Shown here: piece after piece, positions 25,247-32,901 of the stretch
Layout of the letters: every line of letters starts with the position of its first letter
Numbering within the stretch: position 1 is the first letter of the stretch
Origin: Treponematales bacterium
GTDB lineage: Bacteria > Spirochaetota > Spirochaetia > Treponematales > JBGSOB01
Direction of reading: 5' to 3'
Length of the DNA stretch: 64,000 bases
Assembly (NCBI GenBank): GCA_041739325.1
Contig: JBGSOB010000112.1
Coordinates: 5,597-69,596 of the forward strand
The notes under the pieces: generated by a model
What the model was told of the DNA's origin: nothing
The model's database searches: none
Seen by the model: the letters and a program-made list of their open reading frames with translations, nothing else
Program-made: the position numbers and the translations under genes

Positions 25247-28200
25247 TTAGTGCGCGGCCCCCTCATCGGCAATCTTGTATTTCACCTCTTCCTCGTCAAC
25301 GTTGACTTTAGAGAGGTCCTTGTGCTCCAGGCCGAGTAAGGATTGTATTTCCGCCAAATTTCTGGGGCAATAGGGGTCGTCGATCCTTCCCAGCACGGCG
25401 TAAATGCTTTGTGGCTCGCTCTTGCCCTTAACGACGATAGGCTTCATTTTTTCCATGCGGAAAACGCTTTTTACCAGGGTGTAGGTGTCTTGCGACACCA
25501 GAATATCCGTTCCAAAGGGCTTGTTGAGGGCTTCTATACGGGAGGCTAAATTGACGCTGTCTCCGATGACGGTGTATTCCATCCTTTCGTTGGAACCGAT
25601 CTGCCCCGCAATAACCGGGCCGGAATTGAGGCCGCAGCCGATGCGGATGATGGGGCTGCGCGGACCGCCGCGGTCCAGGTTGAACTCAATAAGTTCCTTG
25701 CGCATCATCAAGGCCGCGTTGACCGCGCTCTCAGCGTCGCTTACGCCTTCAATGGGCGGCACGCCCCAGACGGCCATGATGGCATCGCCTATGTATTTAT
25801 CCACCACGCCGCCGGTGGCATTGACGCATTTGACCATGCGCGTCATGTATTTATTGAGGAAGTCAACAACTTCTTCCGGCTCCAGCCGCTCGGAGATGGA
25901 AGTGAAGCCGCGAATGTCGGAGAAGAAAATGGTGGCGTGTTTGCGCTCCCCGCCGAGTTTCAAGGTGCCACGTTGGGCTTGCTCAGCAATTTCTTTATTG
26001 ACGAACTTGCCGAATGTGTCTTTGAGCCTTTCGCGCTCCGCTAAGCCGTGGCCCATGTTCACGAAGGTTTCGGTAAGCAGGCCTAATTCATCGTGGGCCC
26101 GGGCGCGTAAACTCAGCTCGAATTGCCCGGCTTCAATGCGCCTGGCGGCTCCGACGAGGGCGCGTATGGGGACGACCAAGGACTTGGAATAAAAATAAAC
26201 CAACAGGATGGCAGCGGCAATAACCATGATGGCAAGCAGAATATTATTCCTCTGCACATTCGCGACAGCCTCAAAGGCGCGTTTTTCCTCTACGGCGGAA
26301 AGTACCCATGCCCCAATCCCCTGGAGTTTGGAATAGGTGGCGCTATAGTAGAGGCCGGATTCGTCGCGATAGCGGAACTGCCCGATATTGGCTTGGCTCT
26401 TCTGCAGATCCTTGAAGAAATCCAGGTTGGAGACGTCTTGGGCTTGGATAACGACGTTTGAATCCGGATGGGCTATGATCTCTCCCTCAAGGGAGATGAG
26501 TTGCTGTTGCCGAATGGATTTTTTCTGGGCCTCAACCGATTCTTGGAGTCTTTCCCGTGAGTTGAAGATGACAACCAAGGCTCCCGCTTGGCCCTCAACT
26601 TGGTAACTCCACGCGGCTAAGACGCAGGGCTCCCTAAACAATACGGATATGTTCATGCATAAAGCATCGCCGCGAACGGCGGCTTCGATCTCTTTCCTTC
26701 TTCCTGCTATCGCAGTCATGATGGTTTTTTCATCCATGCGGAAATCCGCTAACGCATTTATATTCGCGAGTTCGGCTATGGCTTCACCTCCACCCTCCGG
26801 ATAGGCCGCCGCGAAGAGGACTTCGTTTTCTCCCTGGTATAGCTCGGCCTTGAGGGCCGTCAGGGCATTTTGATCTAAGCCTCGGGATCGAGAGATGTAT
26901 CCTTGAATAAGCCGGTATGCCTTGTCTGAAACCGCGATAAAGTCATATTCGAACTTTTGCCTGATTACTTGGGAAATTTGTAAGCTTGCCTCGGCGACTT
27001 GATTCCTGATCTCTTGGCGGAAGAAATATGATGCCAGGGCAATCATCGTCCCTAGCGCCACCAAGATCAACAAGGAGATAATGCTCATCATCTTGACGGA
27101 AATGGGAAGCCGTATCCGCATATCGTGGGTTATTTCTATCCGCGCTTCCTTAACGGATCCCCTTGTTTTGCTTTCTCGGTGATCCGCCTCATGGCTATAA
27201 TCAACTCCCGGGGCGGAAAAAGAAGACGCCTGACTGTAATCATCATGCGCCGAATGCGCTTCCGAGCCTTCTTGTGTCCGGTAATCATGATCCTCGGCTG
27301 TGGATCCGAGAAGGGCCGCCATCTCATCTGACCCGTTTTCTCTTTCCGCCTCGATTTTGGCGCCCGATCCTCCAGCCTTAGCCTCGCCTTGGATATCCTC
27401 AATGCGGAAATCATCAATATGGAATCCTTCGTCCTCCGTCTCATGCATCTCCGGGAAAACGATTCCGGCGGGGAGCTCACTGTCGAGGGCGTTCGGATCC
27501 GGCCGCGCGGCTTGCGGCATCGCTTTCTGTTTGGCTTCGGCGACTGTTGGGGGATTGTGCGTCCTTACTTCTTGTTGAGGCGGTGAAACCAGTTCGCTTG
27601 GCGTCGCCTGCTTAGGCGCCTGTATCTTCTGTGTCGGCTCGGGAACCGCTGATGGCGCTTCCTCATTTATGGCAAGGTAATCCTCATCTTCCTCTGTGGC
27701 GTAGAGGCTGAAGGCTTTGGCCTCGGGCCCGCCGGCTCCAGGTTCCGGAAGAAAGGCTTTGTCCGGCGAGGATATAATCTTGAGCAGCCTTGAAGCGGGT
27801 AAGCGGCTTGCGAGGGCGATGCTCGGATCTTCCCGCGTGAGGACGATCCCATAGCAGGGCAGGATGGCATTGAGCCCATTGAGGGCTGCGTAACTCATTG
27901 AGATGCCGCCATATCTGAGGAGTTCCCCGCGGGCTATGAGGCTTACCAGGGCGTTAGCTGTCTCCGCAAGGCCAAGGGGGCCGTTCTCCCCCATGGATCC
28001 GGCGTCAAAATAAACCAGTGAAAGCCATTTACCCTCGGCGCGTGAGTCGTCCGCCCGTTTTTTTTGAACGCTGAGCCTGAAGATCCCTTCTTTATTTTCG
28101 CCTAAAAAGCGGCCATCGAAGGGCACGAGCCGTACGCGGCTTTCTCCCGCTAGCCGGGAGCAGATGTCTTGAACGGATACCTCACGACTAATCGGCGGGC

Positions 28201-28594
28201 GAAGCACCCTTCCGGAGGGCCTAAGCATTTCCCCATATCCGGGGAGGAGTTCTAATGCCTGGGCGCTTTGACGGATAAGGCTAGAGGCCTCCCGTATATC
28301 TTCCTCAAGTCCATCTACTTCCCCATTGGCCGCTTCGAGGAAGGCTGCGCGCAAGCTGGCGGCCAAGCAACGAAGCCGTGTATGGGCTATCAAACCAGAG
28401 ATTATTGCCAAGCGGTTAGAGAGCCTCACGCCCGCGCGTAGGACCTCGTGACTCAGCCTTGTGCTTATAATCCCGCTTCCTGAAGCCCTAGGCGGCAGAG
28501 ATATCCCAACCAGGGCTTCAATTTCTGAAGCGCAGGAAGCGAGAAGCGACTTGGCCTCGGCTATGAGCGAGGAATAGGTGACAGTCATGGGCAT
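25247..28594 (-). CDS. Large sensor adenylate/guanylate cyclase (cytoplasmic N-region, 2 TM flanking an extracytoplasmic sensor, HAMP, class III cyclase)
   Basis: Motifs are TM1 (MMSIISLLILVALGTMIALASYFF), TM2 (ILLAIMVIAAAILLVYFY) and HAMP (PIRALVGAARRIEAGQFEL...DELGLLTETFVNM). The cyclase core has ATIFFSDIRGFTSISE, KYIGDAIMAVWG, IGCGLNSGPVIAGQIGS and YTVIGDSVNLASRIE. Confidence 0.8.
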   Translation of the reverse strand: MPMTVTYSSLIAEAKSLLASCASEIEALVGISLPPRASGSGIISTRLSHEVLRAGVRLSNRLAIISGLIAHTRLRCLAASLRAAFLEAANGEVDGLEEDIREASSLIRQSAQALELLPGYGEMLRPSGRVLRPPISREVSVQDICSRLAGESRVRLVPFDGRFLGENKEGIFRLSVQKKRADDSRAEGKWLSLVYFDAGSMGENGPLGLAETANALVSLIARGELLRYGGISMSYAALNGLNAILPCYGIVLTREDPSIALASRLPASRLLKIISSPDKAFLPEPGAGGPEAKAFSLYATEEDEDYLAINEEAPSAVPEPTQKIQAPKQATPSELVSPPQQEVRTHNPPTVAEAKQKAMPQAARPDPNALDSELPAGIVFPEMHETEDEGFHIDDFRIEDIQGEAKAGGSGAKIEAERENGSDEMAALLGSTAEDHDYRTQEGSEAHSAHDDYSQASSFSAPGVDYSHEADHRESKTRGSVKEARIEITHDMRIRLPISVKMMSIISLLILVALGTMIALASYFFRQEIRNQVAEASLQISQVIRQKFEYDFIAVSDKAYRLIQGYISRSRGLDQNALTALKAELYQGENEVLFAAAYPEGGGEAIAELANINALADFRMDEKTIMTAIAGRRKEIEAAVRGDALCMNISVLFREPCVLAAWSYQVEGQAGALVVIFNSRERLQESVEAQKKSIRQQQLISLEGEIIAHPDSNVVIQAQDVSNLDFFKDLQKSQANIGQFRYRDESGLYYSATYSKLQGIGAWVLSAVEEKRAFEAVANVQRNNILLAIMVIAAAILLVYFYSKSLVVPIRALVGAARRIEAGQFELSLRARAHDELGLLTETFVNMGHGLAERERLKDTFGKFVNKEIAEQAQRGTLKLGGERKHATIFFSDIRGFTSISERLEPEEVVDFLNKYMTRMVKCVNATGGVVDKYIGDAIMAVWGVPPIEGVSDAESAVNAALMMRKELIEFNLDRGGPRSPIIRIGCGLNSGPVIAGQIGSNERMEYTVIGDSVNLASRIEALNKPFGTDILVSQDTYTLVKSVFRMEKMKPIVVKGKSEPQSIYAVLGRIDDPYCPRNLAEIQSLLGLEHKDLSKVNVDEEEVKYKIADEGAAH

Positions 28595-28598
28595 ATCC

Positions 28599-28629
28599 CC
28601 TCAGAATTCGTTATCGGCTTATCTGAGGA
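28599..28629 (-). promoter_or_regulatory. Hairpin overlapping the Shine-Dalgarno of the cyclase gene
   Basis: On the minus strand, CCTCAGA (28629-28623) and TCTGAGG (28605-28599) form a 7-bp stem around a 17-nt loop. The 3' arm overlaps the GAGGGGA SD that precedes the ATG at 28594. Confidence 0.3.
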
Positions 28630-28676
28630 TCATTTCAAGAAAAAAAGAAGGAATGAGGGCTTCAATCCCCTTAAAT

Positions 28677-28708
28677 AAAAAAAAGGGCTGCCTTACGGCA
28701 GCCTTTTT
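28677..28708 (-). terminator. Intrinsic terminator (bidirectional hairpin, stronger on minus strand)
   Basis: The stem GGGCTGCC/GGCAGCC with loop TTAC is flanked by A8 (28677-28684) and T5 (28704-28708). On the minus strand the hairpin is followed by T8. Confidence 0.6.
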
Positions 28709-28897
28709 GGGCGCTGAGGGGTGGTCAAAACCCTCAGCTATCGCTTCGGGTTTTGCCCTTGCCCTCCGGGTTTCGGCATCCTGCCTCAACCCTACGGGCC
28801 GGCTCGTGCCTTGCGCCGCCGTCCTGGCGGCTTACCCCTGCGGCGCTCATCGATTCGCGCCTTCGGGGCCGGCACATCGCTTCAAACCCCTTGAAAG
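28709..28897 (-). ncRNA. Candidate structured RNA (tRNA-linked element or cis-leader), family unknown
   Basis: This roughly 190-nt GC-rich non-coding stretch is bracketed by two minus-strand terminators. Several hairpins can be drawn on the minus strand: GGCGC-N10-GCGCC; GCCGCC-AGGAC-GGCGGC; GTGCC...GGCAC enclosing both; GGGTT-GA-GGCA-GGA-TGCC-GA-AACCC; and GCTGAGGG-N10-CCCTCAGC. The 3' end repeats the tRNA-Val 3' end. Confidence 0.35.
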
Positions 28898-28927
28898 ATA
28901 AAAAAAGGCCGCCTTGAAGGCGGCCTT
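28898..28927 (-). terminator. Intrinsic terminator of tRNA-Val
   Basis: On the minus strand a 9-bp stem AAGGCCGCC/GGCGGCCTT with a 5-nt loop lies 3 nt after the tRNA 3' end and is followed by a T-run (A7 on the plus strand, 28900-28906). Confidence 0.7.
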
Positions 28928-28930
28928 AAA

Positions 28931-29003
28931 TGGGCGCTGAGGGGTTTGAACCCCCGACATTCTGGGTGTAAACCAGACGCTCTCCCAGCTGAGCTAAGCG
29001 CCC
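28931..29003 (-). tRNA. tRNA-Val (anticodon UAC)
   Basis: The minus strand GGGCGCT-TA-GCTC-AGCTGGGA-GAGC-G-TCTGG-TTTACAC-CCAGA-ATGTC-GGGGG-TTCAAAC-CCCTC-AGCGCCC-A folds as a cloverleaf with a 7-bp acceptor stem. The anticodon loop TT-TAC-AC gives the anticodon. CCA is not encoded. Confidence 0.95.
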
Positions 29004-29049
29004 TGGGGGGGCTGGGCAGGCCGTGGGAGGCCGCTTAACCCGAGGCGAA

Positions 29050-29078
29050 ACCCTAGCATGGGATGGAGGGGCTGTCAA
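29050..29078 (-). promoter_or_regulatory. Sigma70-type promoter for tRNA-Val
   Basis: The minus strand reads TTGACA (29078-29073), a 17-nt spacer, then TAGGGT (29055-29050). It lies about 46 nt upstream of the mature tRNA 5' end. Confidence 0.5.
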
Positions 29079-29112
29079 GAACCCGGAAGCGGGTAATGAA
29101 TGGAAAAAAAAC

Positions 29113-29141
29113 TTGCCAAACAATGAATTCTACCGTTAAAT
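29113..29141 (+). promoter_or_regulatory. Sigma70-type promoter for oadG-oadA
   Basis: It reads TTGCCA (29113-29118), a 17-nt spacer, then TTAAAT (29136-29141). GAGAGGAGG and the ATG at 29166 follow. Confidence 0.5.
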
Positions 29142-29165
29142 GGATGAAGCTTGAGAGGAGGTTTT

Positions 29166-29408
29166 ATGATTAACCTAGTAGCCCTTGAACAAAGCGGCAT
29201 TATCATGCTCATCGGCATGGCCGTTGTGTTCTTATTTCTTACCCTGCTCATCTTCGTAATCAACGCGACATCCTTTCTAGGGCGCAAGCTTGGTTGGGGA
29301 GACGCTGAGGATGACGGAGGGGATGCTCAACCCGCCCTCGTAGTTAAAAATGATGACGAGGCAGTCGCGGCCATGGCCGCAGCCACCGCCCATCACGCCA
29401 AATCCTAA
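29166..29408 (+). CDS. oadG: Sodium-pump decarboxylase gamma subunit (OadG family)
   Basis: This 80-aa protein has a single N-terminal TM helix (IIMLIGMAVVFLFLTLLIFVI), sits directly upstream of the alpha subunit, and has a strong SD. Confidence 0.65.
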   Translation: MINLVALEQSGIIMLIGMAVVFLFLTLLIFVINATSFLGRKLGWGDAEDDGGDAQPALVVKNDDEAVAAMAAATAHHAKS

Positions 29409-29420
29409 GGAGAGACCCGC

Positions 29421-31190
29421 ATGCCCAAGATCAAGCTCTGCGACCTCGTGCTCCGCGACGCCCACCAGTCCCTGTTGGCGACGCGCATGGTGACCAAGGA
29501 CATGTTGCCCATCTGCCCGAGCCTGGACAAGGTCGGCTATTTCGCCCTGGAAGCCTGGGGCGGGGCTACCTTCGACTCCTGCATCCGCTTTTTAAATGAA
29601 GATCCCTGGGAACGCCTGCGCCAACTCAAGAAGGCCCTGCCCAAGACCCCCATCATGATGCTCCTGCGCGGGCAGAACCTTTTGGGCTACCGCCATTACG
29701 CCGATGACGTAGTGGAGAAGTTCGTGGAGGCGGCCGCTAAGAACGGCGTGGACGTTTTCCGTATCTTTGACGCCATGAACGACCCGCGCAACTTTAAAAA
29801 GGCCACCGAGGCCGCTAAAAAGACCGGTAAGCACGTTCAGGCCACTATCTCCTTCGCCACTACCCCCTTTCATACCATTCCTGCCTACGTGGAGCTGGGC
29901 AAGGCCCTCGCCGGCGAGGGCGCGGATTCACTGGCTATCAAGGACATGGCCGGGCTCTTAAAGCCTTTTGAGGCCTATGAATTGGTGCGGGCCCTTAAAA
30001 AAGAAGTCGGTATCCCGGTTGAAATCCATTCCCACGCCACTACCGGCATGTCGGTTGCCACCCTGGTCAAGGCAGCCGAAGCGGGGGCCGATATCCTGGA
30101 CACATGCATCTCCTCCATGGCCATGGGTACGAGCCACTCGCCCACCGAGACCCTCGTGGAGATCTTTAAGGGCACGGAATTTGATACCGGCCTTGACGTC
30201 AATCTCCTGGTGGATATTGCCGCCTACTTCCGCGATGTCCGCAAAAAGTACCGCGCCTTCGAGTCTTCCTTCTTAGGCGCCGATACCCGCATCCTCATAG
30301 CTCAGGTTCCCGGTGGAATGCTTTCCAATATGGAGAGCCAACTCAAGGAGCAGGGAGCGGGAGATAAAATCGACGCCGTGCTCAAAGAGATACCCATCGT
30401 CCAAAAGGATGCGGGCTTCATTCCCCTGGTCACGCCAACCTCGCAAATCGTGGGGACCCAGGCCGTCTTTAACGTCCTCTTCGGTCGCTATGAAAAGCTC
30501 TCTGCCGAATTCCGCGACCTTTTAGTGGGAAAATACGGCAAGAGCCCGGCGCCCTGCAACGTGGATCTGGTTAAAAAGGCGCTCTCTGAGTCCAAGATGG
30601 ACGCGGCTATCACCCACAGGCCGGCCGACGACATCCCCAATGAGTTTGCCAAGCTTGAGGAAGAGACGAAAAAGATACTAGGAAGCTCAACGGTCGCGGT
30701 CGAGGATGTCCTTACCTATGCCATGTTCCCCAAGGTTGCCCCCGAGTTCTTTGCCAACCGCGCCAAGGGGCCGGTAAACTTCGACACGCCCAAAGAAGAA
30801 GCCTCCGCGCCCTCTTCCGCCCCCGTCGCTGCCGCCAACCAAGCCGCCGCTTCCTACATCGTAACCGTCAACGGCACGGATTATGACGTAATGGTGAGGC
30901 CGGAAGGCACGGCCGTTCTCGCTTCTGCCCCGGCTAAGGTGGCCAAAGCAGCTGTCGCAGCTGTTGCGGCTCCCCAGGGCGGTAGCCCGGTCAAGTCTCC
31001 CGTAGCCGGTTCCCTGGTGCGCAATAGCTGCGCTGAGGGGGAGGCTGTAGCTTTAGGTCAAACAATCCTCATCGTAGAGTCTATGAAGATGGAGCTTGAG
31101 ATAAAGAGCCCTGCCGCTGGCAAGGTGCACTACATCCTATCCAAGGGAGCAAAGATCAGCTCTCAACAGCTCCTGGCGGAAATTCTCTAG
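29421..31190 (+). CDS. oadA: Oxaloacetate decarboxylase alpha subunit / biotin-dependent carboxyltransferase (5S) with C-terminal biotinyl domain
   Basis: The N-terminal LRDAHQSL...EAWGGATFD, then HSHATTGM, an Ala/Pro-rich linker, and the biotin attachment motif VESMKMELEI are all present. Confidence 0.85.
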   Translation: MPKIKLCDLVLRDAHQSLLATRMVTKDMLPICPSLDKVGYFALEAWGGATFDSCIRFLNEDPWERLRQLKKALPKTPIMMLLRGQNLLGYRHYADDVVEKFVEAAAKNGVDVFRIFDAMNDPRNFKKATEAAKKTGKHVQATISFATTPFHTIPAYVELGKALAGEGADSLAIKDMAGLLKPFEAYELVRALKKEVGIPVEIHSHATTGMSVATLVKAAEAGADILDTCISSMAMGTSHSPTETLVEIFKGTEFDTGLDVNLLVDIAAYFRDVRKKYRAFESSFLGADTRILIAQVPGGMLSNMESQLKEQGAGDKIDAVLKEIPIVQKDAGFIPLVTPTSQIVGTQAVFNVLFGRYEKLSAEFRDLLVGKYGKSPAPCNVDLVKKALSESKMDAAITHRPADDIPNEFAKLEEETKKILGSSTVAVEDVLTYAMFPKVAPEFFANRAKGPVNFDTPKEEASAPSSAPVAAANQAAASYIVTVNGTDYDVMVRPEGTAVLASAPAKVAKAAVAAVAAPQGGSPVKSPVAGSLVRNSCAEGEAVALGQTILIVESMKMELEIKSPAAGKVHYILSKGAKISSQQLLAEIL

Positions 31191-31221
31191 ATTTTCCTTC
31201 CCACTCCGGGAAGGCCAGCTT

Positions 31222-31251
31222 AAAACGCCCCTGCCCGGGGCGTTTTTTTTT
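31222..31251 (+). terminator. Intrinsic terminator after oadA
   Basis: The stem CGCCCC/GGGGCG (31226-31231 and 31237-31242) is followed by T9 (31243-31251). AAAA upstream gives weak reverse-strand potential for the convergent HDOD gene. Confidence 0.75.
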
Positions 31252-31338
31252 GCGGTCTCGGCGCAGGCTGTTTTGCATAATCAGACGTCGCTTTTGCAGC
31301 GGCTCGGAACTTCCTTCCTCTTGGTAGAGCTGGGCGCT

Positions 31339-32832
31339 CTACTTGCCGGAGGACTCCATGCGGAAGCCGGAGTCGAACTGATTGATGATCTTTTGAAGTT
31401 GGGTGGCGTTGGTTATGGAGAAATCCAAGAGGGCCTGGGCGTCTATCTGTTCAAAGCTCATCTCCCCAACCTCGAACTCCGTCATGGCGTTGGCAAGGTA
31501 GACGGCGTTGACAACCTCCTTGTGCTCTTGAGAAAGAGCCGGTTCGTGGTGGAAGCGTATGGCCGCAATGAGTGACTCGGGGAAGTTCCACTTTTCCGCT
31601 ATGCGCGCCCCGATCTCGGCGTGGTTCATGCCGGCGGAAAGCTCCTCGAAGAGCTGGTCGGGAATGCCCTTGTGCACGCAGAAGTCGCGGATGTGCTTGA
31701 GCAGGTCCGGGTGCACGGAGGAGAACACGATCTTTCCCATATCGTGGAGCATTCCTCCCACGTAGACGTCGTCAAGCAGCTCGCGATTCTGGGGCTTGAA
31801 GTTGCGGGTAAGGTTGTAGGCGTAAAAGGCGGTGCGGTAGGAGTGCTGCCAGAGCTCTCGCTTTTCCGGGCTGTCCTCCCCGCCTAAGATCTTTTGCGTC
31901 CCATAGGAATATAAAAGGTTGCGGATGCCGCGTAGCCCAACTAGCTTTACCGCTTCAGGGATGTTGTCCACCTTTTTTGCCAACATGAACTGGGCGGAAT
32001 TGACCATGCGCAAAAGGTCCGCCGTCATGGCGGGGTCCATGGCAATCTGCCTGGCAATGTCCACCATCTGGCTCTTGGGGTCGGTAATCAGGCGCTGGAT
32101 GCTGGAGACGTTTTCCGGGAACTGCGGCAGGCGGTTTATCTGCCGCACGATCTCGTCTGCCAAGAGGGAGAGGTTCTCTATCTTGGCGGCGTTCACCGGA
32201 ATGGTTATGCGGGCAATGGTTTCCCCGCCCTCGGCCCAGATGTCAAAGCATTCTTCGTCCAAGCCTATCTTTTTGAGCATGAGGATAAGGATGACTAGCC
32301 CCAAGCCCGCGCCCTCGGTGGGGTCTACCACCTGGCCCATCACTTCTTCCAAGGAAGAGTAGGTGCGCGCGCGGGCAAGCTTGTCGTGGATGCGGATATA
32401 TTCTTTCTGATTGATCTCAACGTTGTTGCGGACCTCAAGCAGGATGACCGAGCCCTTAGCCTGAAAAAGCAGTTTGATGTAGAAGCCGGCTTCTTTCTGC
32501 AGGGTCAGATAATGGTTTATGTTATCCAGGGTTTCCTGCTTGAAATACTTCATCCCCTCTTCGTATTCCTCGGAGTCGTCTATGTTGAGGTTACGTTCTT
32601 GGAAATAGACCCGCTTGGTGTTGGCTTTTTTGGCGTTTACCGCCAGCTCGCGCAGGCAGTAGATCAGATAGTCCTTGAGCTTCTTCTGGCCAATCTCCGA
32701 AAGGAAGACTTCCAGCACTTGCTCCATGTACATTTCTATCTCGTGGGGCAGGGTATAGGTAGTGATGGTGAGCGGGATGGCGTTATGGGCCGCCTTTTTT
32801 ATCTTGAGCGCGTCTACCACGAGTTCCGGCAT
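31339..32832 (-). CDS. GHKL ATPase-like domain fused to an HDOD domain
   Basis: The N-terminal half has an N-box-like ELAVNAKKAN and a G-box-like DPTEGAGLGLVIL. The C-terminal half has HDOD motifs (LPQFPENVSSIQRLITDP...DIARQIAMDPAMTADLLRMVNSAQF, GGMLHDMGKIV, HAEIGARIAEKWNFP). Confidence 0.75.
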   Translation of the reverse strand: MPELVVDALKIKKAAHNAIPLTITTYTLPHEIEMYMEQVLEVFLSEIGQKKLKDYLIYCLRELAVNAKKANTKRVYFQERNLNIDDSEEYEEGMKYFKQETLDNINHYLTLQKEAGFYIKLLFQAKGSVILLEVRNNVEINQKEYIRIHDKLARARTYSSLEEVMGQVVDPTEGAGLGLVILILMLKKIGLDEECFDIWAEGGETIARITIPVNAAKIENLSLLADEIVRQINRLPQFPENVSSIQRLITDPKSQMVDIARQIAMDPAMTADLLRMVNSAQFMLAKKVDNIPEAVKLVGLRGIRNLLYSYGTQKILGGEDSPEKRELWQHSYRTAFYAYNLTRNFKPQNRELLDDVYVGGMLHDMGKIVFSSVHPDLLKHIRDFCVHKGIPDQLFEELSAGMNHAEIGARIAEKWNFPESLIAAIRFHHEPALSQEHKEVVNAVYLANAMTEFEVGEMSFEQIDAQALLDFSITNATQLQKIINQFDSGFRMESSGK

Positions 32833-32901
32833 GATCTTCCCCTTATCCGATGTTTTTCAAGTATAGTACCATAAAGCCCGACGGCGCAACCTTAGCCGCC
32901 C

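Noticed and set aside
28709-28897. Whether the structured element is a second tRNA, tmRNA, SRP RNA, RNase P RNA or 6S RNA
   Set aside because: No 5' acceptor strand (GGGCGCT) is present to pair with the tRNA-like 3' end. The element is too short for tmRNA or RNase P and lacks the GGAAAGUCCGG-type P4 motif. It lacks the SRP domain IV GGAAGCAGC motif. Its 5' and 3' ends do not pair as in 6S RNA.
28708-28945. The 15-nt direct repeat of the tRNA-Val 3' end as attL/attR of an integrated mobile element
   Set aside because: The repeats are only about 210 bp apart, enclose no ORF, and no integrase is nearby. At best this is an old scar. I kept it as part of the tRNA-linked element finding rather than calling a mobile element.
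28578-29123. Track ORFs 28578..28901 (+, 107 aa) and 28926..29123 (-, 65 aa)
   Set aside because: The first runs through two terminator hairpins and the GC-rich structured element and has no SD. The second is the translation of tRNA-Val (…AQLGERLVYTQNVGGSNPSAP…). Both are non-coding.
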